A stretch of DNA of 64,000 nt from Podarcis gaigeae (taxonomy: Eukaryota). Shown one piece after another: positions 25,806 through 37,170 of the stretch. Each line of letters begins with the position of its first letter. Position 1 is the stretch's first letter. The stretch lies in assembly GCA_964106915.2 (NCBI GenBank), contig OZ066914.1; one strand, written 5' to 3'. A program made the translations under genes and the position numbers. The notes beneath the pieces were generated by a model, which searched no databases, was not told the origin of the DNA, and was given only the letters and a program-made list of their open reading frames with translations.

Positions 25806-27496
25806 CTGTAAAACAAACAAAACTCAAACGGTTAGGTCAATCTTACACTAAAGAAGTAAAAGCATTCTATATTATTATTTAAGTCAGGATGGGGAACCTC
25901 CAGCTCGTGGTCTCTTAAGATTCCTTTGAGCTCCTCCCCACACAGGCACTGCTCAGCTAACCCTCCTCAAGTGCTTTTGCTTGGAATGTGTCCTTCAATT
26001 ACAACTAATAGTTTAGGCGTGTGTATGCATTCCTGGTTTCTGTGTGGCTGATATGTAGCCTACTGCACCAAGTTAAGAATTCCATTTGTTGCCCCCCACA
26101 CTTTTGCCTCTCCCCACTGCCCCTCCGAGCACTGGCCTGCCCCATCCAGAGATTGCCTATGTGAATGTAGTCCTTGGGGTGAGGGTTCTGCACCCTGATC
26201 TAGCTTCAGTCGGTTTGGTATTCTAGGATTTCCATTTCATCATTAAATGCAAAATATTCTTCAACTTGATGAATCCCGCACCACCACCTTTTAAAAGGAT
26301 AATACTGCTTTCCCTGAAACAGCTGGAGCTCTTCTTACGAACAAGACATAAACCACTTACATACTAAAAACCCTTTATGTGCATTTCATTCGGTATGGAG
26401 TTGGTTTTGATAACATTTATGTATGTCTAGCTATGTGTTTGATGCAATACTTCTTGCACAAGCAGCCATCAAAGCTTGCCAAAAATGAATGCTTTACCTA
26501 AAGCTTACAGGGCACCCATTTGTGGCATTAAGAACACAAGAGCCTGCTGCATCAAGCCAGTGGCCATCAAGTCCAGCATCCTGTTCTCACAGTGGCCAAC
26601 CAGATGCCAGTAGGAAGCTGGAAGGTAGGACCTGAGTTCAAGAGCACTCTGTCCTCCTGCAGTAGTTTTCAAACTTTGTTTCAAAAGAACAGTGTGGTTG
26701 CTCTGAAGGGTTTCCTCTATGAAGTAGCTTTTCCATTGCAGATTTCCCCCAGCTGCAGAGCATAATTTCAGTGGTCATAGAACAACTGTGATTATGTCTA
26801 AAAGGCCTAGCTGGTGTTAAGTTTCCAACAGTTGGGATTTTCTTAGCAGACAAATGTACATGGAATGGATTCCCTGAAGAAACAAAATTTGAAAGCCACT
26901 ATTTGGGTGCTTTATTTTCTCCACGTGACACTGTGGTCATATTAGTGATAAGCTTCCAAACAAGGTACATAATATATAGTGAGGCTCGCATGCACCCTGC
27001 AGTTGTGAGCTTCCATTCCACAGTACAGGTGAACAATACCACATTGCTATGCACTGTCCAATTTAGCCACAATTCCGTACTGTCTCTTCGGAAGAGAGGA
27101 ATCTCTCCTTATTTGCTTCCAAGCACTAGTTCCTTTTGTAAAGGAATTAAATAATAATAATTTAGAATCAGGACTCAAAAGCAGACCATGGAGACTGAAA
27201 CCCAGTCTAAGAGCAGCTTGGATATTACTTAGGCAAGAATAGGGTGCCCAAGTCTCTGGCATTTGTGCAATGTCACATCTGAAACAAAGGTTCTGCAATG
27301 AAGCCTGCCCTATCATTGTACATGGAACATACCTGTAAATCAGGGGTAGTCAACCTTTTTATACCTACTGACCACTAATGATCTTTCTTGATGTTAAAAT
27401 TTCCTTACCGCCCACCAGTGCTCTATGGAAGGAGGATTCAACTTGTGCCGTAGAAGCCCCTACTGCCCATCTAGAATTCTGAAACACCCACTAGTG

Positions 27497-28759
27497 CAGT
27501 GTTTTTCAACCTTTTTTGGGCAAAGGCACACTTGTTTCATGAAAAAAATCACGAGGCACACCACCATTAGAAAATGTTAATTTTTTTTAACTCTGTGCCT
27601 ATATTGACTATATATAAAGCAATTCTCTTGAATAGGAATCAAATAAACACAAATAAAGTATTTTATAATTACTTTATTATAAAATAGTAAGTAAACAGAA
27701 ATATGAAAAATTATAAAATACTTTATTCAGTGCGCAACCTGGGCCTGTTTGGCTGAGCACAAAGCTGATATTCTGGCTGGAATCAAAGAAAGACACACAC
27801 GTAGCTCTATGGGGAATCAAAGAAAGACACACATGCAGCTCTATGGGGAATCAAAGAAAGACACACACGTAGCTCTATGGGGAATCAAAGAAAGACACAC
27901 ATGCAGCTCTATGGGGAATCAAAGAAAGACACACACGTAGCTCTATGGGGAATCAAAGAAAGACACACATGCAGCTCTATGGGGAATCAAAGAAAGACAC
28001 ACATGCAGCTCTATGGGGAATCAAAGAAAGACACACATGCAGCTCTATGGGGAATCAAAGAAAGACACACACGTAGCTCTATGGGGAATCAAAGAAAGAC
28101 ACACATGCAGCTCTATGGGGAATCAAAGAAAGACACACACGTAGCTCTATGGGGAATCAAAGAAAGACACACACGTAGCTCTATGGGGAATCAAAGAAAG
28201 ACACACACGTAGCTCTATGGGGAATCAAAGAAAGACACACACGTAGCTCTATGGGGAATCAAAGAAAGACACACATGCAGCTCTATGGGGAATCAAAGAA
28301 AGACACACACGTAGCTCTATGGGGAATCAAAGAAAGACACACATGCAGCTCTATGGGGAATCAAAGAAAGACACACACGTAGCTCTATGGGGAATCAAAG
28401 AAAGACACACACGTAGCTCTATGGGGAATCAAAGAAAGACACACACGTAGCTCTATGGGGAATCAAAGAAAGACACACATGTAGCTCTATGGGGAATCAA
28501 AGAAAGACACACATGTAGCTCTATGGGGAATCGGATGAGAGCGGACCGCCTGTCCGCTTTCATCCGATCCCATCCGATCTGATTCCCAGCCAGGACGGAT
28601 GGAAAATAGGGTGGACACAGTCCGGTGCCCGCCTAGTGGGCAAAAATTTGACTTTTTTTAAAAAAAAAATCTTTCAAATTTTTCAATTTTTCCCATGGCA
28701 CACCAGGTAACATCTCGCGGCACACTAGTGTGCCGCGGAACAGTGGTTGAAAAACACTG
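27497..28759. mobile_element. Inner hAT non-autonomous element
   Basis: TIR CAGTGTTTTTCAACC at both ends; perfect 8-bp TSD CACTAGTG. Confidence 0.9.
27779..28532. repeat. 34-bp minisatellite, about 22 copies
   Basis: Unit GAATCAAAGAAAGACACACA(CGT/TGC/TGT)AGCTCTATGGG, head-to-tail with no spacers. Confidence 0.95.
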
Positions 28760-29829
28760 CACTAGTGGGTGGTAGGGACCAGGTTGACAACCCCCGCTAT
28801 AAATGAATATGAAGCACTAGGAAGCAGCCTGTTCCTGATCAGCAATGAAATGTTCAAAGTCACTGTAAGTGCTCATATTTTTTCACCCATGTCTCTGCAT
28901 TCCAACTCAGTCTGCAAAGATCCCCATGAGTTGGTAAGTTTATATTGCTTTACATATCTGATTTCAAAAGTACATCTACAGGGCTGCAATATTCAGGATC
29001 AGCAGGTGCACTGTTTCAGTTGTTCTGATCATCATAGTCCAGACATGTGGGGTGCTTCTGTCTGTACTACCACTGACGGGCAAAGCTGGCATAAAACCAA
29101 GAGGGGCTGCAAAGTCTCTATTGAGCCTTTCCAGACAGTAAGACGTTTTTCTCCCTTAGCACTAAACCATTATTGCATCTGAACACTTCCCTGGCAACCA
29201 CAGGTGACCAGGAACAGCATGCAGGTGAGTCCATCAGTTGAAACATAGAGTGCTCCATTCGTCCACTGAGCTCAGTACAGTAGCCAAGTGGGCTGCTAGA
29301 GGAGGGAAGCCCCTTCATCCATGCCCAGCATTGAAATACAGCTCTCTGCACCTTTTCTGCCAGCCTCCTGTAGGCTACTAATTTGGGGGGAGAGGGGAGC
29401 AGGCTACCATCTTCTAGAGGGTATTTACAACTCTTGCTGCTCCTGATCCAGCACATGAAAGAATATCCCACTTATAATGTAAGGAAATGATTTAGCTTCA
29501 CTGTGGGGTGCTGCATAGCATAACCCTGTTCACTAAATTGCTTACAAGTGTAGATGTCTACTCCAGCATCAGAAGGGAAGAGTGCTTATCCTTGAAAGAC
29601 AAGGAGAAGAGAAATAGCAAAAGGTTCATTAAATGGAAGGGTGTTGCTGTGGAAAGAAGAAGAAACTTTGATGATGTCTCCAGTTTGCATGGGGGATTAG
29701 AGCACAAGAATCTACTCTATACAGAATCAGACCACACATTGACTGGCATTAATTTCCCATGTTTGTAGCAAGATGCTGAAGATGCTGGGGATTGATCCTG
29801 TGACACTTTGCATGTTCTATGTTCTAGAC

Positions 29830-30054
29830 CCATGGTTCCCAACATGGGGCACCCGCCCCACAGAGGGCAATTTGATTTTTAAGGGGGGCAATTCGAGAAT
29901 GAGTTATTAACAGTGAATGGCCTTTTAGGCTTCCTCCACGTGAATAGGAGTTCACTTTTTGAATAATAAGAATTATATGCCACGGGGGGGGGGGGTGTCA
30001 GAACTTTAGAGATGCTTATGTGGGTCGTGGCCAAAAAAAGGTTGGGAACCACTG
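29830..30054. mobile_element. hAT-type MITE
   Basis: tggttcccaac / gttgggaacca TIRs, 8-bp TSD TTCTAGAC. Confidence 0.85.
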
Positions 30055-30601
30055 TTCTAGACGCTAGATGAATGATTCCCTGCTACAGTGATATAGCCAC
30101 AGAATATTCCTCCTCTGCCATTAATCTTTTAAAAACAAAACTACGAATTAAACTTAAAAACAGTTTATAAAATGGTGCATATAGCAGCTCCAGAGATTTC
30201 TATCACTCACTGGCAGGTAGGCACTGTTTTGTACCAATGACACCAGTTCCACACATATCTTCCACACTGTATTCTCAATTTCATTGCTAGCTGGGGGAAG
30301 AATAGGCTTTCCCCAGTAACAAGTATTTGTCCACCACACAAACATGAGCTGCACATTTCTTCCTACAAATAAGGAGCTGTAAAGGCCCAAAACTTGCATG
30401 TCTTTCCTTGTGACATTTTCCATGCTGAATATTTTTAACAGAGAAAGTAGAAAAGCCTTAGATTTCAATTGTCCATTTTAAATTAAATCCTTGCTCATTG
30501 TTGAGCGAGAGAGGCTGAATTAAGATGTGAAAAAAGAAAATAACTCAAGGAAGCATAAATTCTAACTCTCTTGCATCCAATTTACAGGGCCACAAAAAGA
30601 T

Positions 30602-30959
30602 AGGTAAAGGTAAAGGTACCTCTGCCCGTATGGGCCAGTCTTGACAGACTCTAGGGTTGTGCGCTCATCTCACTCTATAGGCCGGGAGCCAGCGCTGTCC
30701 GCAGACACTTCCGGGTCACGTGGCTAGCGTGACAAGCTGCATCTGGCGAGCCAGCACAGCACACGGAACGCCGTTTACCTTCCCGCTGGTAAGCGGTCCC
30801 TATTTATCTACTTGCACCCAGGGGTGCTTTCGAACTGCTAGGTTGGCAGGCGCTGGGACCGAACGACGGGAGCGCACCCCGCTGCAGGGATTCAAGCCGC
30901 CGACCATGCGATCGGCAAGTCCTAGGCACTGAGGTTTTACCCACAGCACCACCCGCGTC
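30602..30959 (-). mobile_element. Sauria SINE
   Basis: Full-length copy with (ACCTTT)n tail; closely related to 63607-63974. Confidence 0.9.
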
Positions 30960-31460
30960 ATTCACTATTTTTTTATTTCTCTTTCTCTGGAACAAGGTGG
31001 AAGACAACAGGCCATTGACATGAATGGTAATTGTGCAAGACCATAGCAAGACACTGTTTTAAGACACACAGTGTCTCATATTACAGAAGTCCCTTTGTGT
31101 CTAACAGGCTTTGTAAGCCTCAGTGTGATTATACAATATACCCTTATACACCCAAAGATTTTCATTTTACAACTATAGCTGAGACCAGTACAAATGTATT
31201 TCTTAGGAACATATATTACACTAATATTTAGTTGAAGAATAAATGAGGGTATGCTATTTTTACCATTGAATTCCTTTCGTCTTTATAAACATGTCAGCGT
31301 TTATGTCATTATATATGAAAACTTTTCTATTTCCACTTTCTCATATCTTGTTTCAAATCGTGGAATAAGAAATCTGTGTCATTCCACTCTTTAAAAATGC
31401 TTGTGGCACAATGACCTGGTTTGGATGACTGAGATTTCTGCCTGTACATACACTCCTTTT

Positions 31461-31671
31461 ACAGTGAGCCATGATTAAATCAAGAAGTCTTCAGCCACTG
31501 CTTCCCATTTCATCCCAAACAGGAAACTATGGTTACCAGCTTTGGAACAAACCAGGATCATAAACCAATTTTTAAATTGGCTTGCTCCAAAGCTGGTAAC
31601 CATAGTTTCCTGTTTGGGATGAAATGGGAAACAGTGGCTGAACACTTCCTGATTTAATCATGGCTCACTGT
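31461..31671. repeat. Long inverted repeat (fold-back), ~93-bp arms
   Basis: acagtgagccatgattaaatc...ccagctttgg and its near-exact reverse complement ccaaagctgg...gatttaatcatggctcactgt, ~25-nt spacer. Confidence 0.92.
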
Positions 31672-34479
31672 TAAAAAGCTGGGGGGGAGGGAGAGATTTC
31701 TGCATATTACAGCCAACGTAGAACAAATGTAGCCTTTTTTTTTCAGTGTTCATTTTTTAATACATCACTAGAGTTAGTGATAGACTTCAGACAGCTTATG
31801 AAAAAAGAATGAAGCAAATTCAAAGGATGCACCTACTAATGTCATGATAACTAAACTGAACCATTTCATCTGTCTTCTAATTATCAGATTCTGGGAACAA
31901 GAAACAGGAGCACCACAGCTCCGTCTTGCAATGGCTAGCAGTTGCCTTGTGGATTTTTGGTTCCGCCCCCAAACAGTAAAACCTGTATTACAAGCTGCTT
32001 TTGAAATTCTTTTCAGCTCCTAAAAGAGTCTCCCAGGAGGCATGGGAAGCTACTGTTTGAGAAATATGAGACTAAAGTTCACTGACTAGATAAGATACCT
32101 TAATTTAAGCCCTGAAGACAGAGGTGTTGTTTTGCTAACAAAAAAAAAACATCTCGTGTTATTAAAGCTATTCTGTAAAACTTAAAGGCAGGAGGAGTTT
32201 GATTACAAACTAACCAATATCTTAGCACTGAGTCTATAGATCATTGTTAACAAAGAGAAGATGCAGGTTTCTTTTGTTCAACATTATATTGGTTCTATCT
32301 CTTTGTTACTACAGAAATGTGTTTGAGGCTAGATTTGCCAGACATGGCTTCTAATATTTAGCTAAATAGGTCAGGTCAGGACTCAAATGGCTGTACCATT
32401 TTCTGCTTACACATTGGGGCTTTTTAAAATATATATATACCTCCTTCCTGCACTAAGTCACCTCCCACCTCCCATGTTGTTCCTGAAGGAGCTGCCCAGA
32501 GAAGCACCAAAAGTAATAAACAAGAACATATTATTTATATTTATGAAGGTATTGTGATAGAAAGTCTGCCATCTCAGGAAACAAATAATTACTAAAGAGA
32601 TCATGGCAAATTTGAGTGGAATGACAGTGGTTAGGGAAAAAGGTGGAGAGAGAAAATCCTCCATCAGAGATTCGGATATTATTTTTTTTTTGCTTTTAAC
32701 ATGTCAGGAAAGTTATATTTGGATCCTTGAAAAGAAAATGAATTAGCAACTGTGTATCTGAAGCAACTAAAAAGCTGATTTATGTAAAAACGAAAAGCTA
32801 TAATTGAAGGTGAACTTGTGGATCTAGATGTAACCAGCTTTGCTCCCTGCTCGTAGTCTAAGTTACCTTCTTATTTATTCTTATTGCTTACTAATATTAA
32901 TCCAGGCTAGGAAACAAAGTACTACAGAAAAGCCCCGATAAAATAAATAAGATAAATTAAGAATGATCAACACAGCCAGAGAAAATTTTGAAAGTAGTGT
33001 CAATGCACAGAAAGAAAATTCAAATACATTTCAGGTATGATTTGCATCCAGGGATAATATTATTAATTATAAGTGCAGGTATTTGCATGTGACTTGCTTG
33101 AAACGTATTCAAAATATGCAAGGTTTTCCAGTGCAAGTCTATATGTGTATATTCAGAAACAAGTCCCATAGATCAGGATGCAAAAGATAGCAGCCTCGCA
33201 GAACCTATTACAATGCATAAATCTCAAGAAAAGCTGAACGAATGTTCTAGTGTTCCTCTTCTTTAGGCTCATGCTGATACTAGAATAAATTAGGATAGTA
33301 TGTAAACTGTGTTCACCTTGTGGCCTGAATCCATTCTTGGCACAGGCATATAAGCATCTGTTCTGGGGAAAAACCTTATTCTAAAAAAAATAGTTCAGAA
33401 ATTTGATTGCATTTTTTCCCAAACTAACTGCAATTCTGATAAATTATTACACCTAGTTTTAGACACCTTTTGACAATTCAAAAATAAAGTCAATCAGATT
33501 CATTGAGTCTATCAATGGAAATCAATTTCAGGCTGCATGCAGAGTGAGTCTATTTTGATACACAGAAAATTTGAGGCAAATATAGCATTTCTTCCAACAA
33601 CAGCCTCTGAGACGTATTAAAGATGACTTCTTTAGGACTATGTGCGATCTTTAAAAAAAAATATGCAGTGCAATCCAATAACGTAAGTTGTGAATACAGT
33701 GAATGTGTATATCATAAAAGTACACCTGCCACATAGCTGGGATTGCTTTGGCTTCCCGTTGAGTGGCTGCTACATAAATGGGTGAATTGAGTCTCTATAT
33801 TTTGTTTAAAAATATTAACGTGTTACTGAAAGTCAGGATCCATAAGACTTGGATATGCCCAGTACAATTTGGCTTCTTCCTTTGAACAGCAGACCTGCAT
33901 TCTATGAAGCTCTTGAAAATCTAGTCATATTTACAGTTTGAAATCAGTTGGCCACGAAGAACAGGCCTATTGGACAAGCAAAAAGAAAAAAGAAAAAAGG
34001 GGGGGCAGAGTAAAAATGATAAGGTGGTAAAATCAGCATTCATAAATTTTAAGACAACTGCAACAGTTTGTCAGAGGTTAGCCACTGGCTGTGCTGTGCC
34101 ATTTTCTTATGTCAAAAAGTTAGGGTCATTCTCTGCTTCATTTGTAAAAAAACTATGAAATGGAAATTTTGGAAGCAGCTTTGAGGTGTTTTAACCATCA
34201 AGTGGCACATGAATTTTATGGAATAATAAAAGGTTTAAAGTTAATCCTTGATGAGAATCTTGCTTGCAGCTTACGAAGGATAGTTGGGCTGGTAGGACAT
34301 TTTGGTTCATGGGCTAGGAGAGTAAGAACACAAATCTACTTATGTATTACTAGTGTATCAGCTGTTCTATTCAGAAAATCAAAGCCATGTGGCCTGGCTT
34401 TTCCAGCATTCGTGCTACGGGGAGGCTCACAGTTGGGCAAGTTCTGCACAGAGCATCATTGTAAGGAAACACACAGCAC

Positions 34480-35770
34480 TGTTGCCAGCCACTGTTTTAC
34501 CACCTGAAGAGCTGAGCTTGCACTTGGCCTTTTAAGAGTTTCTTTCTAGCCGTGTCAGAAAACAATGATCTGAAGGCGCATGATGCAGAAACCTCACTGA
34601 AGCCAAGTCTGTTTGCTTCTGGTCAGCATTTTGAGGAGGACACAATATAGGAACCCATGTATGGCGAGTTCCATGATGGAAAAAAGGGAGAGAGCTGATG
34701 TAAATAAATTTCTAGCAGAATATTTAAGACTGATATATGATAGTCTGAATAAGCAGTTTTGTTTTCCAGTGAACAAATAAGAAGAGACAGGGCAGTATCT
34801 AAAAAGGAGGTTTTGTGTTCCACTGAACAGATGAGGAAGATGAGATGGTCTATCTCACTAGCACCTACGAAATCCCACAAGTCTTATTGGTCCTCCACAA
34901 CTTCGCCATGGTACTGCTTTGCAATTTGAAACCCACTAGATCACTGGATGCAGTACTTCCAACAATGTTTAGCTAACAAAGGCAATAGACTAAATAGATT
35001 TTCTGTCCTTGTTAAGACTATCAATCCCTCAGCGCTCGTGAACCCAAAAGGATCCCATAAAGCTTTGAAGACATACTCATCCACTTTGAAAGCTATTCAG
35101 TCAATAGCCTAATTGGCTAGCAATACAGGAAGTTGGCTTACTAGACACTGACATGGTTGTTGCTATGTGTCCTTCCCCACCATTTTCGGACTAGAATTTT
35201 GCAGAGCTTGAGCCAGAAAATGGGAGTAAGAGTACCACTGAGTCTCGATTCACACCAAAGAGCACAGAACTCTGCATAATAATTTCTATGACACTAGCTG
35301 TGATAACAGCAACTCCTTCCCAATTGCTGTTGCATCTCCTTAGCCAGCTGAATTGTTTTTAGTGATGAATGGTTTAATTGACCCAGAATGTCTTCATTCT
35401 TAGCAGTTTTCAGCTTTCTGTAATATTGATTTTCATTTGGGAGTTGCAGCTCAAGTACAAAATCAAGAACATCAGCACTCTGGTTATGACTCATTGTCTT
35501 GAAATATTTTTTTCAGTGTCTTCACCCATGCAGTGTAAAAAAAATATGTACTTGGCTGTATGACAATAACCATCTGAAATTTGACTGATGAATGCCACTT
35601 GAGTTTGAGACTTCATTTGGCCTGGCTACAAGCCGTGATTTGGCAGAGTGGTTCTTTCATTCCTCTGAATAAGCACCAAGAAACTGAAAACTGTCACCCC
35701 ACTGCAATGGTCACGGTAGGATCCCATTTTGTCCCTTATCTTCTTCAATGTGTATATGACGATTCTGGCC
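34480..35770 (-). pseudogene. Endogenous bornavirus-like nucleoprotein (EBLN) fossil with stops and frameshifts
   Basis: Six colinear anchors to BoDV-1 N as recalled from memory: PNHGL*PGQMKSQTQVAFISQISDGYCHT; GSSSAKF*SENGGEGHIATTMSVSSKP; AID*I; AKL(V)EDQ*DLWDFVGA; SPYMGSYIVS; NADQKQTDLASVR. Ends approximate. Confidence 0.78.
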
Positions 35771-35809
35771 TGCTTTCAAGTGTGGGAAGGATAATCGAGA
35801 GCACATTTC

Positions 35810-36080
35810 ACCAGTGCTTCAGTGTCTGAACTACTCTTTTGGGGCACAATCACAATTCAAGTTGATTACTGTCAAGTCTTAAATAATCTAGGACAGCTCT
35901 ATTAGACTGACTGTACTCTCAGATAATTTCAGGTGTCTTTCAGTAGCTGGGAATAGGTTGGTATGAGAATCTGCATAAATTTCACAGTAAAATGTGTCCC
36001 TTTCAGGGAACAATAGAATTATTATCAAAGGAGCAATGATTACTAGACAAAGATAGGATAGTATGAGGATAAAGTTATGA
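35810..36080 (-). pseudogene. Decayed coding module A, tentatively bornavirus matrix-like
   Basis: DTFYCEIYADSHT...ERHLKLSESTVSL...YLRLDSNQ versus recalled M DYFTIDVEPAGHS...DDFLLLTLNSLSV...FLRLNKDQ; paralog at 36963-37049. Confidence 0.4.
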
Positions 36081-36229
36081 CAAGTTTATAAGTACTTTAT
36101 GGAGAGTTAATGAAAACCAATAATTTACTCTACAGCAAGTTTTAAAAAGAAAAACCACCATTAATTATGCAACTAACTTAGCACACTTGTTTATGAACTT
36201 GGCAAACAACTGTTATTTTGTATTCTCTA

Positions 36230-36860
36230 CATTATGGTAGAGTAATGGCTATAAGTTACGGTTTGGCTGTTTTGGAGAAGTCTTCTCAGAAGCATTTTCA
36301 TTGCCAATACTGTATTTCTGTGTGCTCTTTTAAGCTTTCCTTGTTTCTTAATGCAGCCTTCTATTCATTCTGCCAATTTAGGACACTTTTCCGTAATAAG
36401 AACATGGTTTTCTTACTACAGCTTCACCTACATAGCAACTTGGACTTGGATTTCCTTCCAAACTGTGCATGTTGTATCTTCAGTTTTAATGCAAACGTCA
36501 TTTTCTTTGCAGCATCCAAAACAAACAAAAAACAAAACAACCTTTCCTTTTCTTTACTGAACCATGGAGATTAATTTTATGATGGAAACTTTGTCCATTT
36601 TTTAAAATCAAGTCTACAGAATTGCAATAAAGTATAGTCAGATGGCTTGCCTTTCTATCTACCTGAGAACATCATCAACTTCAATCTCTCTCTTTGGATG
36701 GAACACTTATCCTAAAGGTGTCCAAACTCAAGAGCTTGACATCATGTCAATTTGGACATTTTTGAAGTTGCTGACTGTTGTTTTCTGGCATTCTCTATTT
36801 TTGCTGGAGCTGTTTTTTGGAGCCAGGCCAGTTAACTTTCTAGATCTTCTCTTCCTTTGG
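36230..36860 (-). pseudogene. Decayed frame, tentatively bornavirus phosphoprotein-like
   Basis: Basic QRKRRSRK, REIEVDDVLR*I and VKL**ENHVLITEKCPKLAE*IEGCIKKQGKL loosely match recalled P segments in order. Confidence 0.35.
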
Positions 36861-37110
36861 CAGTGTTCAACACCACATTGTGTAGGCATAAATTTAAGAA
36901 TTCTGTCACTACAAATAGAATCCAACGTCATCTTACGAACTAGTCAATCGAAAAGGATGATGGAGATTAGTGTATGAATCTGTATAAATTTCACAGCAGA
37001 ATGTGTCCCTTTGAGGAAACAAGAGAATGATTATCTAAGGAATAATGTATCTTGGGAAGATCATTTAAGGACTTTAGTCTGATGGCAATAGTCATCTCAA
37101 ACAATAAGAG
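36860..37110 (-). pseudogene. Decayed coding module B, paralog of module A
   Basis: YIIP*IIILLFPQRDTFCCEIYTDSYTNL; 22/29 aa identical to module A. Confidence 0.45.
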
Positions 37111-37117
37111 ATAGGCT

Positions 37118-37121
<4 letters not shown>

Positions 37122-37167
<46 letters not shown>
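37122..37167. repeat. (GA)n microsatellite
   Basis: Direct reading; sits at the upstream edge of the virus-like cassette. Confidence 0.95.

Positions 37168-37170
<3 letters not shown>

Larger units (their letters stand above)
27341..28796. mobile_element. Outer hAT MITE (host of a nested insertion)
   Basis: TIRs caggggtagtcaacct / aggttgacaacccccg; TSD ctgtaaat / ctataaat. Confidence 0.8.

Noticed and set aside
27779-28532. CRISPR-like array or repeat-protein ORFs
   Set aside because: Units are contiguous with no unique spacers, there are no cas genes, and the context is a eukaryotic intron. The ORFs are by-products of a 34-bp period.
34480-34860. Filovirus VP24-like words (LPHLF, ALQVVKQWL)
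   Set aside because: Spacing is incompatible, and bornavirus N explains the region with many colinear anchors.
34160-36977. + strand ORFs (34160, 35581, 36218, 36642) as a nested gene
   Set aside because: They look like antisense shadows of the - strand fossil coding sequence.
35954-37060. Modules A/B as LTRs, snoRNAs or an IL-7-like signal peptide
   Set aside because: No TG..CA ends, PBS or C/D/H/ACA boxes were seen. The synonymous bias indicates coding origin, and the IL-7 resemblance is limited to a generic hydrophobic stretch.
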